In this document: in pieces, positions 25,048 through 36,774 of the stretch
Layout: every line of letters begins with the position of its first letter
Numbering within the stretch: position 1 is the first letter of the stretch
Assembly: GCA_030141605.1 (NCBI GenBank)
Contig: JAQGDQ010000870.1
Coordinates: 1 to 64,000, forward strand
DNA from: Tubiluchus corallicola
Lineage: Eukaryota > Animalia > Priapulida
Direction of reading: 5' to 3'
DNA: 64,000 nt
Notes under the pieces: generated by a model
Databases searched by the model: none
What the model was told of the DNA's origin: nothing
The model's input: the letters and a program-made list of their open reading frames with translations, nothing else
Made by a program: the position numbers and the translations under genes

Positions 25048-28000
25048 GCGTGTGCGTGTGCGTGTGTCACTGCAGTGGCGTAACAACTAGGCTGGGGGCC
25101 CTTGGACAAATTGAATGAAAGGCCCCATATCGACCCCATTTTTAATTTTGTAAAAAAGTGTTGAAGTAATGAAATTATTATAAAACACAAAAAAATGATT
25201 AAATGAAAAGCGAAATCGAACTTTATTATTATAGCAAATAGATTACAAAATTACTACAAAATTAGATACACCAAAATAGAAATAAGGCAACAAGTAACGC
25301 ATACACAGTGTATGTCAAGTAGAAATCCTGGAATGAAATTGATCTACATAAATTTTGCTGATCGAGCCTTAGTGTTGGCAAACTTGTCTGTAATATTGTC
25401 GACGTCTAGATCTAGGGGAAAACCCTTAAGAGTGGCAACCGGCAATCCTTCGGCATGGAAGTCAGTTCCCCGTTGGTTGCCAAAATTAGTAGCCAATTTA
25501 ATACCAAATAAATACGCATTTTCCTGTCTGTAAATTTGCATGTTTTTAGGGTCAGGCTTAGGGGCCCTAGCATTTGTCTAGCCTTGTCCAATGGGCGTTA
25601 CGCCACTGCGTGTGTGTGTGTGTGTGTGCGTGTGCGTGTGCGTGTGCGTGTGTGTGTGTGTGTGTCTTAACCATCATTATCATCATCGATGCTATTGTTT
25701 TGCTCATTTCTGAAATGGCCATTAGCATACAGACTCTATTTTTGCACTTTAGTCAACTGCTACTAGCATGGTAATTATGATGGGTATGATGGTAATTTAT
25801 CTTCCACTACACATGTCATTATTTGATTAATGTGGAGCTATAAAATTACATTGTATTTGCTTAGAATCACTACAGGTGTAACTAAACCTTATGGTGCCAA
25901 TAAAATCGTTTAGGCTTCATTATGCATGTAATTGAGTGCGTTTGAAAGCTAAACAGTCAAAAGTAATTTATCCACAAATTTTTTTTCTTATATGCATATA
26001 TCACCGGAGCACCGGAACTGTTATGAAGTGTAAATATGAAAAATTAACTTTTCACGTTTTTCTTCTTACGGAAAAATCAGTCTGCCACACGTAGCGCATA
26101 CAGCATATGAATCCTGCACTGAATGTCGCAGACTTAATTTGTAACTGTGCCACTGTCTACGGGGCATAAATATCAACGCAAATATTATTCTTCATTAATA
26201 ATATAATTTAATAGAATTTATTATTGTATTCAACACATAATCTTCATTAAATTTTGGTACATTTTAGAATGCGTTTCAGCTTGCACAGACGTAAGCGGTA
26301 TTAATTTTGTGTTGAAATAGCAGAGGGTGACACGGTTTTGAAGTGCGCTACATACACAACCTGAAGCGCATCCATGTTTAAGGACAAGGACCTCTGTAAC
26401 CAAAATAGATGATGATGATGATGATGATAAGTCTTTATTAGCCTCTTTTTGCAGGCAAAAATTTCTGTACAAACATTATACAATTTTACATAGACACTAG
26501 AGTGAATTCTACAATATTGCATGTTTCGCATTCTGTAATTAGCTTTTCTAATTTGTGCATATAACATTATTTATAGTGATGTTAAACAAGAAGTAGTGAA
26601 GTGAGTGCTAAAATTAAGGTTATTAATGAAAAACATAAATAACGTTTATTTAACAAATATTATTTTTTAAAAAAAATCTGAAATGTCAAACATATCTTTT
26701 TCTAGCAAAAAAGTGTACGAAGGGATAGCTGTGCCATCCATGTTTTTTCACGGCTTAGGATTTAATGTTGCGTTAACTGCTAAGTAGCCTAAATTAAATT
26801 TTTATTTGCCCAAAGTTTCAAACGGAAAGGAAACGAAACGTTGACAGCTCCCAACAATTGAAAAAAGGCCATTTGCTGGTTTTACATTCTGTCAAAACCC
26901 ATACTTTGCAAAAAACAATAAGTCGCTCATTTCACGTTTTGTAACTTATAGGAGAAGGTTAATGCAGTAGTAGAAAAAATTATTATTCAATCGACAAAAC
27001 TAGTGGTACTTTAAATTCACTTTACCCAAACTTTGCAAAGTTGCTCCAATATTGCATTATCTTCTTTGAGAGAATTTTCTCAACGGCAGTATACTGGTCG
27101 CTTAGCAACGGCGTACCGAGTACGTACACTCTCTCAGCCGTATGTGTAACACCCATCCACTTAGGACTCTTCAAATACTCTGTCCTATGCGTGAATAAGT
27201 ACATAAAAACTGGAATGTCACGCCTTGCAAAATGAAAGGCCTGAATGTCTTGCTGACATAAAAAATTCCAGTCACCAATCATGCCAATAATGCCTTTTAT
27301 GTTAGTGTCATTTAGATACGGCCAATCATTGTATTCAAATCCCGTTGCGCTTGCGACAACTGCTGTCCAATGCCTGGGGAATATTTGTGCAACAGCCTGG
27401 TCATAATCTCCTTTGCTTATGTTTAAATATTCAGTCATCGGAAACAACTGCGGGAAGCCATTAGCCGCGTACGTGGCGCCCTCATCCTTGCAGCTCCCTA
27501 GTAAAATTTCGGTCCGTTCTTTAAAATGACCACGCTGCAGCGAAATCATTGGCGCTTCCTTAAGAAAAAAGCCATCAATGGTAGGCACAAACGGATTATC
27601 AAAAATTCCTTTTTCTTGTTCCTGTTGCCACTGTTTATCACAGATTTCTTCGAAGCTAACATTTCGCAGACATTTAATGATTAGCGCAGCATCAGGAAAA
27701 TGGCAATCAGTAAGCTTAGCGAGATGAACTGATCGTTTTAGGGCAAGCTCTCTTGGTGAGAATGCCCAAGGCATGATCGCGGCACCACTTTCCATAATTG
27801 CTCGCTGAAATAAGTCCCTACTGAACGGTGATAAAAGATGATAGCTGACGCTAGCAGAACCGGCACTACCACCAAATAGGCTGATCCTCTCACTGTCACC
27901 TCCAAATCTCTCTGCGTTCTCCCTTATCCACTTCAGGGCCAGGCGCTGGTCCAACAGGCCCACATTTCCGGGAGATTCTGGGCTATTAAGATACAGAAAC

Positions 28001-28527
28001 CCTAAAGCACCCAACCGATAGGCAACAGAGAAAACTATGACGTCGCCGGTAACGACGAAGGCGTCAGGAATGATGGCGGCAGTTCCGGTCATGAACCCAC
28101 CACCATGAATGTAAACCAACACGGGCTTCTTAATGTTGCCACTGGGAACCCAGACATTTAGGTATAAACAGTCTTCGCGCATATCTTCACTCCAAGTTTC
28201 ATATTCACTGACCTGATGTATGAGCTTGTCTAGCATCTCATTATTAACTAGGGAAATCCTTTCTTTTTGCGCACAAAATGGAGCCAGCGAAGTGGCGTTG
28301 ATGACATCAGACCAAGGTCGGATTGGTATTGGCGGCATGAACCTGAGTGTACCAATTGGTGGTTCTGCATATGGTATGCCGAAGAAGTAAGAGAGATCTT
28401 TATTCAAAACTGTTTTCACTGCCCCTTGAATTTTGCCAGTTGTGGTGGATACCACGGGGTCACTCAGCTGATCAGAGTGAGTTACTGGTGTTAAAAGGAA
28501 CAGTAAAAGCCACATTGCAGTCATCAT
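23196..28527 (-). CDS. secreted type-B carboxylesterase / cholinesterase-like alpha/beta hydrolase, about 599 aa, 4 coding exons
   Basis: Exons 28527-27026, 24890-24700, 23497-23458 and 23262-23196, all GT-AG, phases 2/1/2, total 1800 nt. Signal peptide plus motifs GIPYAEPP, EDCLYLNVW, HGGGF, GNVGLLDQ, FGGSAG (Ser), KDEG (Glu), GVTH (His), WSNFAKFG|NPN...WP..W...CEYW. The ORF-track stop at 27022 lies inside the intron (GG|GTAAAG). The last two exons are less certain. Confidence 0.9.
24984..25066. repeat. (TG)n microsatellite, continuing at 25609-25664
   Basis: Directly visible; interrupted by the hAT element. Confidence 0.95.
25073..25608 (-). mobile_element. non-autonomous hAT-superfamily DNA transposon derivative (536 bp)
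   Basis: Perfect 12-bp TIRs CAGTGGCGTAAC (25073-25084) and GTTACGCCACTG (25597-25608), subterminal GGGGCCC motifs, and an internal minus-strand remnant DLDVDNITDKFANTKAR resembling the extreme C-terminus of hAT transposases. No clean 8-bp TSD seen. Confidence 0.8.
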
Positions 28528-29694
28528 GCTAATATATCAGGGCAGCTCATTCGATATCCTTGAAATGGATTCAGACTATATGTCTGTGCTGATTCATTAT
28601 TTTGGTTTTCTGAACCTACAAAGGGAAATAACAGTCTTTATTAAACAGTAAAGGCTGCAAACAGTAAACACAAGATTCTGAGTTACTGGTGTCCAAACAG
28701 TGCGGGAGAACTCGTATAATCGTATTATGAAACGTCAACTCAAATTAAAAAAAACTTGCTATAGAAAGCTCTGAGAATGTGATTTGAGTATATATGTTTA
28801 GACCGATACCTTTATGCGTAGTCCTACCGAAATGTGTGCAGTATTAGTCACTTTGAGTACTTTAGTGACCCAGACTAAATAGCGCAATTTAATCAAATTT
28901 GGTTACGTCGGAGCATTGATTTAAAGTTAACTGCATATCTTATTGCATTTGTTATTAACCCAAGTTAGAACTGATAATGGCAGAAACCAAAGTTTTTGAT
29001 ATAAATGAGGTCCCACATAGTTGAGCGGTAATGGTGTGTGCTTAGTGACTGAAGTTACGTAACGCCCAGTTTTGCCAGCAAATGGAAAGATGATTGCCAG
29101 AGAAACTGCTCCTAGGCAGATTCATCTGCCACAGTGCCCCCAGCTGTTTATCTCGCTCGGGTTAAATTTATAAGATTTAAGCTTCAACGATTACCCTTGA
29201 TAAAAATTCAGGTTCCGGTCTCGCAACAAATATCAAGATAAAGTAAAACCTCGTCATTGAGTGATGGACCATGGCATGTAGAGTGTGGAAGCCTATAAAG
29301 AAATTTTCGTAATTAGATTGGAAAAGGCCTGTTTGTGAAGCCATAGCCTAATATTCCTATTATTGTAAAATATAGTGCAGCATTCTTGAACATTCTAACG
29401 GAAATAGATTTAGATATATATCTTTCTCTCTACAGGTTTGTTTCGCTACATCTCTGGCTTTTATATAAAACAGTAACGAAATTTGTATTGTCATTATTAT
29501 TAACGCTGTTAATGTTTTAAAGGATGCAAGAAAGGATTTTGTGGATTTTGAAATTAGAAAGCTTGCCATGGGTTTTTCTGAGGAAGATTTTTCAACCTAT
29601 TTAAGAACCTAAATTAACGCTATCAAAAGCGAAAATGTTATCATCAAAATAGTCCAGTAGATATGAATTATGAATCAGTGTTTAGTCAGCAATA

Positions 29695-29851
29695 CAGTAA
29701 TAACAGCAGCAACAGCAACAGCAGCAGTAGTAGTAGTTGTAGTGGTGGTGGTGGTCGTGGTGGTCGTTGCGCTTGTGATAGTGATGGTGACGGTGACGGT
29801 GTCGGCGGTGGCAGCAACAGCAGCAGCAGTTTTAGTAGTAGTAGTAGTAAT
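29695..29851. repeat. mixed trinucleotide low-complexity tract (CAG/TAG/TGG)
   Basis: Directly visible; explains four overlapping spurious ORFs. Confidence 0.9.
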
Positions 29852-30949
29852 ATTACGCCTAGGTGACACAAACCGTTTGCAAGTACGGTTTACAATTACA
29901 CAGTTAGAAAATTGTAAGCTCCGTTCTGCAAAAGAATGATTAAAAATATTATAAAACACTTTGCAGCCTTAAACGAAAATCGCTTAGGGAAATTATGTTA
30001 GGGAAATTATAACATGGAATTTAGAATTTATTTTTAGCATATACATTATACTACAATTACATACATACAATAAAACAACAACAAAATACAAAAATAGAAA
30101 ACAGAGCTATTACATTATAGCTATGGAACCAAAAAACATACATAATAAATAACAATAAAAGCTGCTCAGCTGTTTTTAAGATTTTGCCTTAGAAAAGTCA
30201 GCTTAACTAATCAAAAAAACTGCGAAAATAGCAAACTCACCGTGTCTCTGACATTTAAATGAATCCACGTTCCGCTAGTGAAAACTGAATGAGACAAATG
30301 GACAGATTCATATAAAACACTAAATACATTGTTATCACCAAAGATGCTGTTGCAGCAACTGATACACTAAACCCGCATGTTAAAGAATAGCAATAATTCT
30401 GTTCTCTCTACTGAGGATGCAGAACGCATGCGGCTTGCGCAGCATGCAAAAATAGCGTTGATAATTATTCACGTGGCATTACTAAATTTTTATCCAGGGC
30501 CTGCAGCAAAGACGGAAATGTTTGAAAGAACAGCTCAGAATGAAAAACAAGAAGCGCGTAATGCGGAGAGACAAACGCATTTTTTTATTTCAAAATTGTT
30601 AGCTCTAAGTACTATAAGAGATTGACGAAAAAACAATCTAACGGTAAAGGAAGAAAACAAAATAAAGAAGTAGGAAGAGAGAAGAATGAAAAAAGAAAAT
30701 GAAGGAAAGTCGGATAGAAGGCAGACAAGAATAAAAGTAGACAGAGTAGTAAAGCAATGAAGGCTCCGGCAGTGTTAAAGCTTCCTACAGTTTTGTGAAA
30801 GTTTCAGTTAAATTAATCTACAAAATAAAACTTTTTAGAAATAAGGTGTTTATAAAACAGTGTTAATTAAACCTTAAATTCGATACGAAGAATTCTTATT
30901 TTTTTAATTTTTGAAGTACTTTGTTTTACTTGATGGCTTTGTTTTACTA

Positions 30950-31235
30950 GATTTGACTTTACTTGACTTTATTTTACTTTACTTGACTTGATGTGACTTT
31001 ACTTTACTTTACTTTGCTTTGCTCTGCTCTGCTCTGCTCTGCTCTGCTCTACTCTACTGTACTGTACTGTACTGTACTCTGCTCTGCTCTGCTCTGCTCT
31101 GCTCTGCTCTGCTCTACTCTACTCTACTCTAATCTACTCTACTCTAATCTATCTACTCTACTCTGATCTAATCTTACCTAATCTAATCTGATCTAACCTA
31201 ACCTGTAATCTAATCTAATCTACTTTACTTCACTT
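30950..31235. repeat. compound pentanucleotide array with drifting unit
   Basis: TTGAC/TTTAC > TTTGC > TCTGC > TGTAC > TCTAC > TCTAA/CCTAA. Confidence 0.9.
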
Positions 31236-31792
31236 CGCGTAATTTACACGTAATTTCATTTCATTTACCTTTTTTAGAAACAAAATGTAGCACAAACAAA
31301 AGGTTACGGTAAAAACTGGCAGCTACAGGACATCCATGTTGACCATGCATCTGTAATTACAGGCAGTAATAAAATATCGTCTTGGTGTTTCTATCCTCCT
31401 GCATTCTCCCTCGTCAATCATTTTTTGAATATTCATAAAATATATGATCCACTAATATTCATAAATCATTTTTAAACATTAATAAATCAATTTTGAATGC
31501 TCATGAATCATTTTTCAATAATCACATAAGATTTATTTTTATTAATAAGTGCGTCATTTGTCAGTTAGTCAATTTTGAACATACATGTTTTTAAATATTT
31601 AAAAATAATGATTAATTTCTACTTTGATGTCCCATACTATGTATGTTCTCATCATTCGTCCATAGGCGAAGTGCTCGGGTTTGAAGTTCACTTTATAGAT
31701 TACTTTCCAAAGTTACACTAATCAGAAACAAATTATTAGTTTGTGATTTGCTGTATCATAGCAAACCATTCGCATGTAGGGCTATAGAGTAT

Positions 31793-31816
31793 ACTACTAC
31801 TACTACTACAACTACT

Positions 31817-31855
<39 letters not shown>

Positions 31856-31879
31856 ACCACCACCACCACCACTACTACT
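31793..31879. repeat. (ACT)n(GCC)n(ACC)n compound microsatellite
   Basis: Directly visible. Confidence 0.9.
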
Positions 31880-32123
31880 GTTATGAGTTGGAATTGGTTA
31901 CACAAAACATGGTGAATAAACGGAGAAGCATTTGCGACATTACTTCATTTTTATTGCCAGTAAACACAAATTAACAAAAACAAAACATCAGGGCTGTCAT
32001 CCTGAGCAGCCGACATTACTTCCACCTCAATAACAACTCTCACCAACTAGGTCAAAAGCAAGTACAGAACACAGGTGAGAAGCCAACCTGGCGCTTAAAC
32101 TAAAATCGGCAGGCGGGTCATAA

Positions 32124-32369
<246 letters not shown>

Positions 32370-33709
32370 TCTAGCTTAATTTCAATCTAAAGCAAGCGTA
32401 ACAAATTCAAGAGAACAACAGACTTGTAAATTTATCCTAAGCGTTTTGCCTAAGAGCTTACACTTAAATTCACGCCCGAGCTCACACGTGCCCGCAGCTG
32501 TGCAGAGAGAGATGTGTTGTGTTTCCAATACCCATATAATGCAAAATATTTCGTTTTAGTGGTGAATATAAACGGTATAGCAGGGATTGCATTGTCATCT
32601 CATATTTAGAAAATACCTAAAGCGGACGTACGTCACATATTTACGTGACGTGAGTGTCGTATTGAATTATAGCAAGACTATCATACGCGTATTCTATTAT
32701 TGTAAGCAAAGCATCACGAAAACATTCATTAGAGCAGTATAATGATGTAGTGAATATAGATAACGTAAGCAGTTTGACATTTTTGTATTATCATCTTGCA
32801 GGTGTTTCTGGTGATTATGCTTAATAGTGGTAATACTATAATGATTGGGCTAGCGTTTTAGTGCTGAATTCGAGCTAAAACGCACGCGTGTGAAGGTCTG
32901 TGACCTACATTTTGATAATCTTAGCATCTTGCCTTAACTGCTACTGCTGTTACAAGATTGTGATAGCATAATTCCCTGACCCAAACCGGTAGAATTAGAA
33001 TTCTTAATATTGGCTCGATGGATTTGATCTTCGAAAGAACAGCTAGCGTCACCTATGAACGGAATTGTTTATAATTTTGGATATTTTTTCTGATTGCCTA
33101 AGTCATGTCGGACATAATACAGCTCAAGTACCACTAACGCAACAACGCATTATTTTAGCAACACTAGTATTTACCAAGCAGTATTCGTACATTTTCAATT
33201 AGTCAAACATATAACCTCTTTGGCCGTGCACTTAATCACGTTGTTTCTTTGGGAGTTAATAATGTTGTTTACTTGTGTTCTCACGTGTGTTATCTCAACT
33301 TACCTGTGGTATTAAGCAAACAAAGGTAGTCCTCTGCAACGACGTGTCACAAATCCTGTAAAACCTTTACAATCTACAGGAAATGCTAATGAAGTAACAG
33401 CTAAAAATCCACTTCTAGCTTCTAAATTTGAAATCAAAACGTCCCCAAACGGGAAATCACCTGCAATTTCACCTGTGCCAAGCAGCTGTTGTGCAGCTTT
33501 TACTACCACTGCCCTCTGTTAACAGAAAATGCCTTAGTACATGCACCTGCATGTTTACATAAAGAGGTTAGCTTATAAATAATATTTTCAATGTAAATAG
33601 TAGCCTGTACTATCTTTCACCACAAATATGACTAATATATTCATCGGGCAAGCAGCAATTCTATTTACCGTGCAAATGTCTACATGTGAACGTGTTTGAT
33701 TAGGCCACC

Positions 33710-36700
33710 ATGCAGTACTTCATCTCCAGAAACATGGCCATTATTGGCGCTTGTGGACTGGCAATTGGTGTCGCTGTCGTCGGCGTCGTAGTCGGCAAGA
33801 TTTCTAGAAAATGTGAAGCCGCTGATGCTGTTCCTTCAAAACAACCGCCAACTGTAACCACAGCAACAACAACTGACAACGCAACTGCCAGTGTGACTAC
33901 ACAAACTCTTAATCCTACAAACGAAAGTGTGACAGCAAGCCCAATGCCTACAGAACGACCAGACCTGCGCCTGCCAGGTAATATTACACCTGTCCGCTAC
34001 AAACTCTACTTATGGCCAGATATAGATAATTTCACAGCTACAGGTTCTGTGATTCTAGAATTCAAATGTCTTCAAACTACAAGACAGATCACTGTACATG
34101 TTAGCAAAAAACATTTATTTATTGACGCTCTCAAGACCCAGTTGATTCACGAGAGAAAACATGTAAATATCGAAAGCCAGTATTACGAAGAGGAAAAGGA
34201 ATTTTATCATGTTTTTGTCAGCAAAGCATTGTCAGAACTGGAAGATTATGAGCTGCATTTAACGTGGAATGGTATTTTTTCGGGCGATCTAAAAGGGCTT
34301 TATGGCAGTTTTTACACAGATGGGAGCGGGAAAACGAAGTAAGTTAGTCATAATTATGTTTTGTTGTTATACCCTTTCTGCTTCTTGAATAGCGGTTTGG
34401 TACATGTAACAATGATTGAATCTTTCTATGCTATGGTCGTCTCATCTACGGTCATTTCAAGCATGCACTTAAAATAGAACAGAAAGTGTACCAAATGTAT
34501 GGGCAAAGCTAACTAGAGTGATTCAGGCCCTTACAATAACTATAGAGTCAGAGGAAACCAATTCTACTTACAGCCATATTATCGATTTTTTTCGAAGGTG
34601 GATGGCTTCTACGCAAATGCAGGGTCCATATGCCAGACGGGTATTACCTTGCCTGGACGAACCGTATTACAAGGCAACGTTCAGTTGCACAGTAGTAAGA
34701 AAGAAGCATATGGTGGCTCTTTCAAACACAGACATCCAGTCTACTGAAACAGTGTGAGTTTGACATAAATAAATTAGATATATGCCAGAAAATATAGTAA
34801 CACACAATCCTGTGCTAATTTACAAACAAATCACTAACGATTATATTGCGTTTACTGTTTAAGATAAACGTCCTAAGAAAGATACTTATTTAACCTAAGC
34901 ACATACACTCAAAATTAAGCAATAGTGAAATTTTATCACAATTTTTTTCTCAAGTTTTCCTCCTTATGTCGAATGTCGATTGACGTTTCATCTACTAGCT
35001 ATGACTCATTGAATAGACTCATTTTCGTGCACGACAAAGCTGGAATATGGCATTCAACTTAACTTTGGCCACGGCTATTCCCCTGAATCCCTTAGCGTCT
35101 ATTCAAAAGCCGAAATAATTCGGCGACTCTATTCATACATGTTAACACAGCTGCACGAAATTTCAATAGAGAAAATATGATAAAAAAATTATCCCCCGGT
35201 ACCTAAAAAAGGATTGTTTAGCTATAAGCTTATGAAAAGTTTTTACTTCAGAGAACTTATTAACATAACTGAATCAGGATAATTCAAGATAATGATAGAT
35301 ATGGAGTGGCATGTCAAGTAAATTGCATATGGAGTGAGGCTCTAGGGACGTAACGGGTGGATACTTTTGTGTTTTAGCCCAGGACATCATGATTGGGTTG
35401 CTGATGTTTATGAAGAAACTCCAGTCATGTCAACCTACCTTCTTGCCTTTGTTATTTGCGAGTTTCAGCATTTGAACATTACAACTGACAATGGTGTTAA
35501 GGTAAGAAACCTTCCAAAAATGCGACCGTAGCTACCATGTCGTTCGTTAAATTAAGGAAGAACACTTATGATCTTTCACAAAAATTCATCTTCTATAATC
35601 AAAACCTAAATTACCAAGAACCTCTGCATTAAGGCTGTTGTCAGAAATTATTGTGCTTTTACCCGATTTCAGGATTAACTGTATCTGCTGTGGGTGAAGC
35701 TAGTTCGTTGTTCTGCGACAATGCCGTAACCAGTGGTAGCATAAGCTCTTCCAAAACTGACTTAGAAAATCCTTTCACGTGATGTACGCCAAAGGCCATT
35801 TGAAACAAACAGCAAAGGAGTCGAAGATATCCAAACGAGTCTGATTTGGATTAGCATGCTACCATTAGTTGGGTTGTGTCATTAGAGTAGCAGAGCTAAC
35901 TGGCACCTTGCGGAGGATCTAATTAAGCTGGTAAACCTAGTTAAGCATAATAACCGCTTGTTTTACCAAAGGAACTTTTGTAACGCATGTAGAGTTACTA
36001 AATTTCTAAAATCTTTCCACCGGTATTCTATCGCTGGCGTTTTCTTCAATTTAGATACGAGCTTGGGCAAGACCAGAGTTGATTCATCAAGCTGAGTATG
36101 CACTTTTTGCAACTGCACACATCATTGAACAGTTTGAGGCGTTGTTTAATGTAAAATACGCACTTAGTAAATCAGGTATGTTATATAACAAACAACGATT
36201 ATTTAAACAAAGTCTTAGGTAATTGTCAGTGATAATTACACATTTGAAATTTTGTTAGTGCACAGGTCAATTGTTGCATTAATTTTGAAAATGCAATGAT
36301 AACAGCAGTTGTGGAAGGTAATGAAATCTTGGAGAAACGAGGTACATGTAGTGGAATGCGAACGGGTGGTTGTAATGGCACCGGTAAGCATGTCATGATG
36401 ATGGGTAGTGATACTGGTAGCGGTAAAGGCGACAAGGATGATTCTGATGATAGTGATAACGTTAGTGATGATAATGATAATAATAGCAACCATGAATATG
36501 TTATTGGTATGATAATTATGATGATGTTGCTGATAGTGAGTGTGGTGGTGGTGATGATGGTGGTGGTGGTGGTGATGGTGGTGGTGGCGGTGATGATAAT
36601 GATGACAATGACAATAATAAAGACGTTAGTGTTAATGTTTATGAGGACAGTGTTCCTTATGATGATGATAACGATGCTGATGATAATGGTAATAACAAAG

Positions 36701-36732
36701 CATCATCATCATCATCATCATATTCACCATTG

Positions 36733-36774
<42 letters not shown>

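Noticed and set aside
27022-27030. Esterase truncated at FAKFG* (pseudogene)
   Set aside because: The stop lies in an intron (GG|GTAAAG); the missing C-terminal exon is present at 24890-24700.
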